Source: a virus (taxonomy: Duplodnaviria > Caudoviricetes). From it: a DNA stretch of 44,713 nt. The notes under the pieces were generated by a model. The model was not told where the DNA came from, did not search any database, and was given only the letters and a program-made list of their open reading frames with translations. Numbering within the stretch: position 1 is the stretch's first letter; every line of letters starts with the position of its first letter. This document shows positions 1 to 9,700 of this stretch, piece after piece. Made by a program: the position numbers and the translations under genes. The stretch lies in IMG/VR virus record IMGVR_UViG_3300032305_001986, positions 1 to 44,713 of that record. One strand, 5' to 3'.

Positions 1-159
1 ATGATGAGCGACCGCACCCTCGGCGGGCTTGCGCATGACGTGCAGCCCGATGGTTGGGCGCCGCAGTACGAGGCGGCCGATGCAACCGCCGGATGGATCG
101 GGCAGCGCTTCCTGATCCGCTACCGGACACGTGACAACGCAATCAACGCCGCTCCATAG
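1..159 (+). CDS. 3' end of a probable tail terminator/completion protein (partial)
   Basis: Open frame MMSDRTLGGLAHDVQPDG...FLIRYRT...AAP* at the window edge. The D-x-TLGGLA motif and position just before the tail tube gene fit tail terminators. Confidence 0.6.
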   Translation: MMSDRTLGGLAHDVQPDGWAPQYEAADATAGWIGQRFLIRYRTRDNAINAAP

Positions 160-167
160 CCTGAGGG
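152..167 (+). promoter_or_regulatory. putative late promoter motif
   Basis: CTCCATAGCCTGAGGG, identical to 12210-12225. Confidence 0.6.
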
Positions 168-188
168 TACGGAAGCTCACCCCTAACT

Positions 189-332
189 ATGGCGGCCGAT
201 CAACATTATGAGCACCACGGCCTGTCTGGCGAGTTCGTGATGCTCCCCAGTGGCCAGATGGTGCCCGCTGCTGAGGCGCCCAAGCCTGAGCCCGTCAAGC
301 CCGCTCAACCCGCGCCGAAGGCCAAGGACTGA
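189..332 (+). CDS. small hypothetical protein (47 aa, Pro/Lys-rich C-terminus)
   Basis: MAADQHYEHHGLSGEFVMLPSG...KAKD*. Not in the ORF track. Its stop overlaps the tube gene start (TGATG) and it follows the late motif at 157. Confidence 0.65.
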   Translation: MAADQHYEHHGLSGEFVMLPSGQMVPAAEAPKPEPVKPAQPAPKAKD

Positions 333-1525
333 TGACAGCTCTCCTGATTCGCAACAGCTTCGCGCTGGTGAAGGCCGAAACCAGTTACGGCACCCTGGCC
401 AGCTCGATCGCCAATACGGACGCGGTGAAGATCGTGTCGCTGGAGATCAACCCGATCACCGGTACCCGCGTGGAGCGGGCCCTGATTAAGGGTTTCCTCG
501 GCGCCGACCGCCAGCCGCTGACCAATGAGCACGTGGCGGTAACAATCACGTTCGAGTGGGGCGGTTCTGGCGTTGCCGCCACTGCACCCCGGTTTACACC
601 CCTGCTGCAGGCGGCCGGTATGAACGTATCGGCAATGGCCGAACTGACCGGCACTGCCACCGCAGGCGGCGCCAACACCCTCACCCTGGCAGACCTGGGC
701 GGCAGCAACCCCGCAACCGATGCCTACCTGGGCCTGCCAATCGAGATCACCAGCGGCGCCAATGCTGGCCATAAGGGCGTGATCGTGGCGCACGACGGCG
801 CCAGCCGGCAGGTGACGGTGGTTCCTTCAACGGCGACATTCACTGGTGGCGCAGTGGGCTACAAGATCCCCGCACTGTCCCTGCTGCAGCCGATCAGCAC
901 TTTTGGCAACGGCAGCAGCTGCACCATCGTGGCGGTAAAAGACGGCACCAACGTTCACCGGATCGATGGATTCCGCGGCAGCCCGGCCCTCAACAGCACT
1001 CTGAACGGTTACGGCACGTTCACCATTACCGGCGTCGGCCGTTATACCACCCCCACTGCCAGGAGCGCTGAAGGATTCATCTACAGCAATCAAGCCGAGC
1101 CGGTGCCTGTTACCCCGACCCACACCAAAGCGCTGAGGTTCCAGGGCTTCAATCCCTGCTCTGAAGGGTTCACGTTCGACTGGGGCCTGTCGACCGTGTT
1201 CCGCTCACTGATCGGCTGCGAGCCTCAATCCCGCATCACCGACCGCCCCAACCCGAACGGCACGATCACGATCGAAAACCCGTCTGTGTCGGCGAAGAAC
1301 TTCTTCACCGCTGCGGCTGACAACAGCGGCGCGAGCGATGGCCCGTTCGTTGTGCAACAGGGCACGACGGCTACCGAAAGCTCCATTTTCTTCTGCCCCA
1401 AAGTAGCGATCAGCGGCGACCTCTCGTTCTCTGATTCTGACGGGATCAGCATGTTGCAGACCCCGTTCACCGCGCTGCCCAAGTCCGCAGCTGGCAACGA
1501 CGAAACTCGCCTCGTTTTCTTCTAA
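332..1525 (+). CDS. major tail tube protein with internal beta-rich insertion
   Basis: 397 aa. N-terminal LVKAETSYG and GSGVAATAPRFTPLLQAAG patterns typical of tube proteins. Lies directly before the chaperone and tape measure genes. Confidence 0.8.
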   Translation: MTALLIRNSFALVKAETSYGTLASSIANTDAVKIVSLEINPITGTRVERALIKGFLGADRQPLTNEHVAVTITFEWGGSGVAATAPRFTPLLQAAGMNVSAMAELTGTATAGGANTLTLADLGGSNPATDAYLGLPIEITSGANAGHKGVIVAHDGASRQVTVVPSTATFTGGAVGYKIPALSLLQPISTFGNGSSCTIVAVKDGTNVHRIDGFRGSPALNSTLNGYGTFTITGVGRYTTPTARSAEGFIYSNQAEPVPVTPTHTKALRFQGFNPCSEGFTFDWGLSTVFRSLIGCEPQSRITDRPNPNGTITIENPSVSAKNFFTAAADNSGASDGPFVVQQGTTATESSIFFCPKVAISGDLSFSDSDGISMLQTPFTALPKSAAGNDETRLVFF

Positions 1526-1531
1526 TTCGCC

Positions 1532-1993
1532 ATGTTTCACCTGTATCAGCCGGACCACACCGAGTGGCCGGTAAGTGTTGACCTGCCGTCTAAATCAGGC
1601 GTAAAGAAGGCCTACGCCTTCACTGCGCATTTTCGGATGCTCGACCAGGAAGAGTGCGATGAGCTGAACGAACAGCACAACGCGCTGGTGGTGGCCACAG
1701 TCAAGCGCTACGAGGCGCTGAAGAACTACCGGGGCAGCTCCGACCTGGAGCCCGTCACCGAGCCGCTCCCCTGCACCTACCAGGATCTGGCGGCCGAGGT
1801 GCTCTGTGGCTGGGGTGATGAGGTGGTGGGTGAGGATGATGAGCCGCTGGAGTTCACGCCAGCCACCAAAGCCAGGATGCTGCAGATGCAAGGCGCCGCG
1901 TCGGCGATCTTCAACGCCTGGACCGAAAGCGTCGGCCGGCCTACTGAGAAGTCCGCAGCGAAGGCTGGAGGCTTCCGAGCAAAAAACTCATAG
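1532..1993 (+). CDS. tail assembly chaperone (gpG-like)
   Basis: 153 aa between tube and tape measure. Ends in ...AKNS with slippery heptamer A AAA AAC at 1981-1987. Confidence 0.8.
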   Translation: MFHLYQPDHTEWPVSVDLPSKSGVKKAYAFTAHFRMLDQEECDELNEQHNALVVATVKRYEALKNYRGSSDLEPVTEPLPCTYQDLAAEVLCGWGDEVVGEDDEPLEFTPATKARMLQMQGAASAIFNAWTESVGRPTEKSAAKAGGFRAKNS

Positions 1994-2331
1994 ACGCGGC
2001 GCTGTTCCTCGCTGGCGCCGCGAAGGGTGATGCTGACGACGGCAAGGATGCGGCCGATGCTGCAGCCGTGTTCGGCCTGGAGGTGCCCGAGGTAGAGCAG
2101 CGGCCGAAGACGTTCGGGATCCTGCCGGAAAACTGCGAAGCGCTGGCGTGGTTCCTGAAGATGCAGACCCAGTGGCGGGTGGGCATGGCTGGCCCCGTGG
2201 GCCTCGATTACGGGGTGTTCATCCAATGCGCCAGGGATGAGGGCGTGAAGCGCTCCGATCGGGTGTGGTTGCTGAAGGATCTGCGGCTGCTGGAGCGGGA
2301 GTATTTGGGTGCGGTGAGATCCATAGCCTGA
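1981..2331 (+). CDS. tail assembly chaperone T segment (G-T fusion by -1 frameshift; DUF1799-like)
   Basis: The -1 frame is open from 1981 (KLIDAALFLAGAA...) into the tracked ORF 2068..2331 (ILPENCEALAWFLKMQTQWRVGMAGPVGLDY). Confidence 0.8.
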   Translation, partial: KKLIDAALFLAGAAKGDADDGKDAADAAAVFGLEVPEVEQRPKTFGILPENCEALAWFLKMQTQWRVGMAGPVGLDYGVFIQCARDEGVKRSDRVWLLKDLRLLEREYLGAVRSIA

Positions 2332-2357
2332 CCCTAGGACTGGCGATCGGATAACAC

Positions 2358-5300
2358 ATGAGCCGCATGAGCCTGGACACCGCCATTCGGCTGTCAGCCG
2401 AGGTGAAGGGCGGCGGGAATATCGATCGGGTGAAAAGGTGGCTGCAGGATCTGGGCAAGGCTGCGCAGGTAACCAAGCAGCAGAAAACAGCGCTGCGCAC
2501 CGCAACGCTGCAGCTCGCCCGCGCAAATGACGGCACCATTGCCGGGATCAGAACCAGCGTTGCGGCATTGCGCGGGCTGCAGGAACAGGCCCGGATCGGC
2601 GGCCGGGAGTTTCAGAAGTACGGGGCTGAGATTCAGCGGCTGGAGGGCAAGCTGCGGGGCTTGGATGGCACGGCGAAGGCTGCTGGCCGTGGCCTGTCCC
2701 TCCCTGCAACCCTCCTTGCTGGCGCTGCAGGTGGCGTTGGAGCCGCCGTAGCAATGCAGGCTGCCAACGCAGGCAGAAGCATGGTGGACGTTGGCTTAGA
2801 TGCTGAATTGGCCGCAGTCAGGCTGCGCGCGCTTACGAGTGAGTTCGGAGAATACCAAAAAGCACAAGAGGCTACAGCAAGAATTGCAAATACTTTAAGA
2901 ATTAGCAATATTGAAGCCCAGGATAGCTTTGCAAGTCTGTATGCGTCGCTAAGGCCAACTGGCGTAACGCTGGATGAGATCGAAAAGGCTTTTATAGGCT
3001 TTTCCGCAGCAGTAAGGAATAGCGGCGCAACAGCGCAAGAATCAAGCGCTGCACTTATTCAGCTGAAGCAATCTCTAGCGTCTGGAGTGCTTCAAGGTGA
3101 AGAACTGCGGTCAATTCGAGAGCAGGCGCCACTGGTTGCGCAGGCGATTGCCGCTGAAATGGGAGTAACGATAGGATCGCTAAAGGACTTGGCAGCCGAA
3201 GGTAGGATTACAACTGATATTGTTCTAAGAGCACTAAATAAGCTAAATGATACCCAACTGGGCAAGCTAAACGAGCAATTTGACACAGGAAGGCAGGCAA
3301 TAAAAGATTTTAACGTCGCAGCGCAGGAGCTGGGGATAACACTTGCAAAAGTGTTCGGCCCCACAGCGGTTAGCCTGCTTAGAGGTTTTACGGATGCAGT
3401 AAAAGAAATAAATGCAGCAGCAACTGCATTTAGGAGCCCAACTGCTTACACCGCGCAACAGGTCTTAACCGCCGGAGTGCGGCCCAAGACGGCAATGAGC
3501 CAAGCTGTATTCAATCAAGGTGCAAATGAGTTATTTAAAGGCACCAGTGGAGCGGGAGGCGTCGGAATAACTGGGCTAAGAAGGGAAGCCGAAGAGCTTG
3601 CAAAGATTCGCAGGCAGCCGGTTGACGATGTATTGTTTCAGTTAATGCAGAATCGCTTAAATAGAGTTTCAAGCCAAAATCAGCCAAGCACTTCTGTTGC
3701 TCAGCAGCAAGCCATAGACGCTGCTGCCGCTCAGCGTGCCGCTTCTGCTGCATCGCTTGGATCAGGTGATGCCGCCAAAGCCGCCGAAAAAGCCGCCAAA
3801 GCCGCCGAAGATGCCGGCCGCAAATACGAAGCCGAGCAAATTCGTATGCAGGCCCGCCTTGCAGAAAATCAGCTGCAGACAAACGAAGGACTGCAGCGCA
3901 ATGCAATCGAGCTGGATAATCAGCGATATGAAAACAGCAAAGACTTAGCATTAAAACAGTTTGAATTTACTCAAACTATCCAATCAAGGGCGCTCAACCT
4001 CTGGAGTGAGGGTCTGATGGGCCCAGCTCGGGCAGCGGCCAAAATGCTCACTGAATTCATGATGGGATTCAGCGAGGGCACCTCACGGGTGGCAGAAGCT
4101 CAGCGAACCGTGAACGATGCACGCCGCGCACTGCAGCAGGCCGAAACCGTCCACAAGCAAACCTTGGCGAACATGACCGAGCGCCAGCGGATTGACGTGC
4201 TGGACAACAGAGCGCAGGTGATGGGAAGCGCAGGGGGTGGTGCAACGGGCCGGCAAACCCTGATGGGCGTCCCCGGCATCATTGAATACCTGACTGGCGA
4301 CAAAAGTTCACCGGGCTACAGGGCTGATCATGGCGGCGCCAATTATCACGAACACATTGCCTTTGCCAGCAGAGCAATCAGGGACGACGTTGTCAAAATG
4401 CTTCGCCAAAACGGGATTCAGGTTGGCTCGCTGGACCGGCCGGGAGACCGCGGCTATCACGGCAGCGGACAGGCGCTTGACGTGCCGGCGTCCCAAGTAC
4501 CAGTCGGCCAAGAAGATGCCCTCGCCAGGCGTGTTCGCGCTTTGGTGTCGGCCCATCTTGGCGGCGCAACCGGCGCCCCACTGCCAATGTCACAACGGCT
4601 ACTCCCTGGCGCCGACATGCCAGCGTTTCAACCGCTGGCCCCCGGCGCCAACGCGGCCCTTGTGCGGGACGTGAAGGGAGAGGGCGACATTGCCCAGGCC
4701 CGCGAGCGATTGAAGCAGGCCGAAAAAGAGTTGGCATTGATCAAAGATCAAACTGGCGAACTGCGCAAATTTGATAGAATAGAATTTACGCAGAAGCTAA
4801 CTCAAGGGCTGATTGATCAGAACCAAGAACTGGAAAACAACGCAAAGGAGCTGCAGCTGCGCAACCGCCTAACCATGGAAGGCGTAAGCAGCAATGTTAT
4901 TGAAGCCGAGCTACAAAAGGCCAAGATCTATCAAGATCAGGCACTTGTAATTGCTGGGCTGAAAGAAGGCATTGATGCAATCAAAGACTCCGAAGACAAG
5001 GCGGCGGCCCTTGCAGCCTTGGAGAAAATGAATGGCCTATATGCGAGACAAATTGAACTAATCGATCAAGCAGTTGCAGCACAATTAGACCAGCCGGCGG
5101 CCATTGCATTGCAGATCGGCCAACTTAAAGCCGATCTGGCTGAAATGGTCAGCATTTCTACGCTGGCGGGCCGCATCGCCGATGGCATTGGCAGCGCGTT
5201 CGGCAATGCGTTCCAAGAGCTAATCACCGGCGCTGCCAGTGCGCGAGAGGTGCTGGCCGGATTCTTCCAAGACGTGGCCCAGAACTTCGCGCAGATGGCT

Positions 5301-5897
5301 GCCGAGATCATCGCCGAACAGATGACGATGATCGTGCTGCAGACCATCCTTAAGGCGCTTGGGGCGGTGGCGGGTGCTGCGCCTAGCACACCTGGAGCCC
5401 CGTCCGCTGGCATCTTTGCCGTACCGGAGCTGGCCCCCCGCGCCCTAGGCGGCTCCACGGCCAGCGGCCGACCGTACAAAGTCGGCGAAAACGGCCCCGA
5501 ACTGTTCGTCCCCTACCAAGCCGGCACCATCATCCCAGCTGAGGCCACCGAAGCGCTCCAGTCGATCAACAGCGCCAGCCTGCGCGGCCTGTCCGTGCCA
5601 TTCCAGGCCAGTTCTTCCACCAGCGACCTTTCGGTGCCGTTCCAGCGCGGCATGGAGGGGCTGAGCGTGCCATTCCAGCGCGGCGGCATCGACGGCGGCA
5701 TGGGCGCTGCTGGTATGGGTGGGGGCAGTGGTGATGGCCTTATCCGATTCGAGACCGTGCGGATCGGCGAGCTCGATTTCGTCACCCAAGATGAGGCACA
5801 ACGGATCGGCCGCGAGTCTGCCAAGCAAGGCGCTGCGCTGGCGCACAAACGGAATGTAAACAACGTCACCATCAGGCGCCAGGCGGGATTTAGCTAA
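2358..5897 (+). CDS. tape measure protein
   Basis: 1179 aa, Ala/Gln-rich and helical. Contains the tape-measure motif QLKQSLASGVLQGEELRSIREQAP and the C-terminal RALGG...YKVGENGPELFVP. Confidence 0.93.
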   Translation: MSRMSLDTAIRLSAEVKGGGNIDRVKRWLQDLGKAAQVTKQQKTALRTATLQLARANDGTIAGIRTSVAALRGLQEQARIGGREFQKYGAEIQRLEGKLRGLDGTAKAAGRGLSLPATLLAGAAGGVGAAVAMQAANAGRSMVDVGLDAELAAVRLRALTSEFGEYQKAQEATARIANTLRISNIEAQDSFASLYASLRPTGVTLDEIEKAFIGFSAAVRNSGATAQESSAALIQLKQSLASGVLQGEELRSIREQAPLVAQAIAAEMGVTIGSLKDLAAEGRITTDIVLRALNKLNDTQLGKLNEQFDTGRQAIKDFNVAAQELGITLAKVFGPTAVSLLRGFTDAVKEINAAATAFRSPTAYTAQQVLTAGVRPKTAMSQAVFNQGANELFKGTSGAGGVGITGLRREAEELAKIRRQPVDDVLFQLMQNRLNRVSSQNQPSTSVAQQQAIDAAAAQRAASAASLGSGDAAKAAEKAAKAAEDAGRKYEAEQIRMQARLAENQLQTNEGLQRNAIELDNQRYENSKDLALKQFEFTQTIQSRALNLWSEGLMGPARAAAKMLTEFMMGFSEGTSRVAEAQRTVNDARRALQQAETVHKQTLANMTERQRIDVLDNRAQVMGSAGGGATGRQTLMGVPGIIEYLTGDKSSPGYRADHGGANYHEHIAFASRAIRDDVVKMLRQNGIQVGSLDRPGDRGYHGSGQALDVPASQVPVGQEDALARRVRALVSAHLGGATGAPLPMSQRLLPGADMPAFQPLAPGANAALVRDVKGEGDIAQARERLKQAEKELALIKDQTGELRKFDRIEFTQKLTQGLIDQNQELENNAKELQLRNRLTMEGVSSNVIEAELQKAKIYQDQALVIAGLKEGIDAIKDSEDKAAALAALEKMNGLYARQIELIDQAVAAQLDQPAAIALQIGQLKADLAEMVSISTLAGRIADGIGSAFGNAFQELITGAASAREVLAGFFQDVAQNFAQMAAEIIAEQMTMIVLQTILKALGAVAGAAPSTPGAPSAGIFAVPELAPRALGGSTASGRPYKVGENGPELFVPYQAGTIIPAEATEALQSINSASLRGLSVPFQASSSTSDLSVPFQRGMEGLSVPFQRGGIDGGMGAAGMGGGSGDGLIRFETVRIGELDFVTQDEAQRIGRESAKQGAALAHKRNVNNVTIRRQAGFS

Positions 5898-6364
5898 TGG
5901 AAATCTGCAACTTCCTACGGTTCAAGCGCCGCAATGGAACCTACACCGATTGGCTGGCCCAGAACTATTTCATCGGCCAGACCATCACGCACAACGGGCA
6001 GAGCTACCCCTACCTTCCCGTTGCCGTGGCAACCAACTCATCGACCCGTGGCGGTGATCGATCCGAGGCTGTGATCGCGGCGGCAACATCAGCCCTGACC
6101 CTGAACGTGTTTGCCGAGGCCAGCCAGAGCGAATGGCTGCTGGAGGTGCGATCCGTCAAGGTGAATCGCGCTGATCAGTCTTTCGGCTCGCTGCTGACGG
6201 TCGAGTACTGGGCAACGCGGCAGGTGCAGGGCGACACCAATGAGCCCATTGTGAAGCTGCAGCTCGCCAGCCCGCTCGATGCCGTCAACTCACCAGGCGG
6301 CAGGATGCTCAGCCAGGTGTTGGTGGGAGCGCTGCCGACTTCTGGGAATCTGACGCTGCAATGA
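5897..6364 (+). CDS. minor tail/tip protein
   Basis: 155 aa, translationally coupled to the tape measure gene (TAATG); synteny. Confidence 0.6.
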   Translation: MEICNFLRFKRRNGTYTDWLAQNYFIGQTITHNGQSYPYLPVAVATNSSTRGGDRSEAVIAAATSALTLNVFAEASQSEWLLEVRSVKVNRADQSFGSLLTVEYWATRQVQGDTNEPIVKLQLASPLDAVNSPGGRMLSQVLVGALPTSGNLTLQ

Positions 6365-6762
6365 CCTGCAACTGGCCGGCATGGGTGAGCGCCAAGCTGC
6401 CGCACGTGATCGGCGCTGACCCTGACGACGGCGAGGGTATCTGCTGCTTGGTGATGTGCGCCAAGGTCCGCCGATCCGCTGGCTTGGCTATGCCTGATCT
6501 GGACCCGCAGTGGTTTGCCATGGCAGCCACCGGGCAGTGGGATCAGCTGCAGCGGGAGTGGAGGCGTTTAATGGTTCCCCACAGACTGGAACCGTACGCG
6601 CTGGTGCTCCGCCGCCACCAGCTTGGCCTAGGCGTTTCCGTGGTGATTGATGACGGCCTGTTGATTGCGGATCACCGCCGCGGGGCGCAGTGGCTGCCGA
6701 TGGATGTAGCCGCCCAGCTGATGCCCCTCGAATACTGGAGGCCCCGCGATGCTGCCATCTGA
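6361..6762 (+). CDS. NlpC/P60-like tail assembly protein (gpK-like)
   Basis: LPHVIGADP...GICCL...DDGLLIADHRRGAQW resembles a degenerate NlpC/P60 fold; sits before the central tail protein. Confidence 0.55.
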   Translation: MTCNWPAWVSAKLPHVIGADPDDGEGICCLVMCAKVRRSAGLAMPDLDPQWFAMAATGQWDQLQREWRRLMVPHRLEPYALVLRRHQLGLGVSVVIDDGLLIADHRRGAQWLPMDVAAQLMPLEYWRPRDAAI

Positions 6763-9700
6763 TCGCTATCTGGCGAGCCTGCTGGGGCTGAGCGATGAGC
6801 AATATGAGTTCTGGCGCGATGAGCTCAGCAAGCGGGCAGCAGAGGCCCCCAGGCCCGCAGCGGTTGCTGGCGTTGAACTGACTGTCGTCCAGATTGTCTC
6901 GCTGGTCTTGGCCGCCGTGAGCATCGGCGTGCAGGTGATCAGCCTGCTGCTGGCACCCACCGCAGCGCGGCGCAGCGGATCCCTGTCGCAACGGGCGCTA
7001 CTGGGCCAGGGGCAGACCAACCTGCAGGCGTTGTCCCCCCGCAGCGGGTTTGACGCGGTGCAGGAGGTGGCGAGCATCGGCGAGCCCATCCCGGTGATCT
7101 ACGCCAACCGGGAGACCATTGGCGGCGTCACCTATGGCGGCGTAAGGGTGAACACCACGCTGCTGTGGTCACAGATCTGGAGCCTCGGTGGATCGCAGAT
7201 GCTCCGGGCCGTGTTCATGGTTGGTGAAGGTCCGATGGCCAGTATCGACCCGCTGGGGTTTGCCATCGGGGACAACAGCATCGGCACGTACGACCTGGGC
7301 AGCAGCGGAGCGAACAACAGCAGCGCCAGGATCACGATCTACCATCGGCCAGATGGTGGCCGGATCACGGAGGCCGATCGCGTAGCAGGCCGCACCGGCG
7401 CCAACGATCCCGGCAGCGCTGGCAGCACTGACGTGTTCCAGGCCCGTGGCGTTGGCGGGACCTATGCCGCAGTGTTCAGCGCTGCCGGCAAGCCTTCAAC
7501 CAGTACCACCTTCGGGCTGTATCAGTTGATAGGCAACAACCTGGGCATGAAGCTCAACCCGGTGCTCAGGCCACAGGTAACGGCTCGCCTCAAGCCACGC
7601 GGCAGCAGCGGAAACAATGACGTGGTGTGCGACGTGGACCAGACCGTAGTTGTGCAACGCCAAAAAGAGGCGGCGTTTTTTTCTAGCCGTTCTGGCGTTG
7701 TATCCGGGTCATTTGCGCTTGGCAATTCGTTTAAGTACCGACTAGACCGCAGCAGCGACTACGAGACGGTATTCCAGTCAGCAGCAGAGGGCGGCACTTG
7801 GGTTTCATCGTTCGCCTTGCAGTCAAGCCCCAAGATCTACGAAGCTGGCACTGAAACAAGGATTACAGGGTTTGATTTTCCGGCGCGGATGACCGTCAGC
7901 AGCGTCACGCTTGGCACTGATCAGGTCCAAGTTACAGCGACATTCGATTCAGCAACGGTACGGACCAAGCTGATTGCCGATAATGCCGCCAATGGTCAGT
8001 ATGCGATTTCGTATTGGATCAGAGTCGCCAATGATAACCAGACCATTGAAAGTAAGTTTGACATTACGATCACGATACAAGGCGGCCAGATCACATTCGA
8101 GGGTGACGTTGACGAAGACTCCGGCCCCGTCGAACTGCTGACCAGCCCGTTGCGCGTGCGGTCATTGATTGTGTTTCCCGTGGAGGAACTTGACGCGCAC
8201 TCGGAAACTGCTGCCGATATTGCCTCAACTATCGCAGGCCGGCAGAAGGGGTGGGATGATGGCTTGGTTGTCGGCGACCTATACAAATGCGGTTCTGCAC
8301 TGGCAATATGTACGAATCGCGATCCTGACGACCAGATTTTTGTCAGCGACTCAGAGGATGGTGCTGGCGGAACCGGTATAACGATCGACGCTGATTTTGA
8401 GGTTGTACGAGCTGGCACTGCTGCAACGGCGACCAGCATCGTCATCCGAACAAATGGCACCGTAGCAACCGCAAGGCAGACCGCAACATCTGGGCCGCAC
8501 CTATTGCGGTGCGCACTGGGCCATGTTGCAACTACCAGCGAGTGCAGAATCGCTGAAGTCGGGCTACGGTCTACCCTCGGTGTTCGTGTTGGCGGGCTGT
8601 GCAATTTTCGCGATACGTTGACGCTAGAGGATATTGACGGCAGGGCGTGCCTATTCCGTGAAGGCGACAACGTAAAACGTGGCAAGCGGTTAAATGTTGA
8701 CTCGTACCAATCTGCACCAGTATCAACTACTGAAGAACGCTATTCGTTCTTCAGGGTATCGTTTCGCGAGTTTGGCGATGGCGCTTTTACCCAGTTAGCG
8801 CCGTGTTTCGGCGTGCGTGGCAGCACCGACCGGCCGACGTTTAACTATTTGAGCCTGCAAATGCCATCGCTAAAGCGGTGGGAGTTCAGGTTCGAGCCAT
8901 TGTCTGGCTGGGAGATCCGCAGCTCAACCGCAACTGGCGATCTGGTGATTCTCGACGCCAAGCTGTCATCCGTCGTTACCGGCACCTCTAGCAGCGTTGT
9001 GTGGCGAGCCAATGGCGAGACAGTGACCCGCTCGCGCTCTACGTTCACGATCACGGCAGCGCGGCGTGATGACATTGGAATGCCGCAGGTGGATGACAAT
9101 AGCTATCTAGATGCGTGGGGCAAGTTAGCAGAGGCATTTGTTTACGAAGAGGCCCAGTCATCGGCCAGCAACGGGCCAGAGCATGAAATTGTCTACGTTA
9201 ACGAGATCAGAGAAAACACAGTAACCCCGCAGTACACAGGCATCAGCCTGGTGGGCGCCAATGTCAAATCTGCTTTTGAGTTTCGGCAGTTCAGCCAGTT
9301 GTCGGTGTATGTGACGGGTGGCGTTAGAGTTCGCAGACTGCTGAATAGCTTAACCGAAGGCCCATCACATCTTGGGCCTGATCTTGCATTAGACAGGCTG
9401 ACCAATGCAAAGTATGGACCCAATAGCGTCAGCGATGATCTGATCAAACTAAGCAATTTTCAGGCTGCAGCGCAGTGGTGCTACGACCGCAAATACTTCT
9501 TCGATGGTGGTGTTGTCATCAGCGATGAGCCGCCCCGGCAGTGGATCGCAGACATGGCCGGCGCAATGCTGCTGGACTTCCGCGAGGTGAACGGGCAATA
9601 CGACTTGGTGCCGTTCATCACATTTGGCGCGGTCACCCACAAGGCCCTGTTCACCGCCGGGAACATCGCTGAGGGCAGCTTTCAGTTTGAGTCAATCCCG

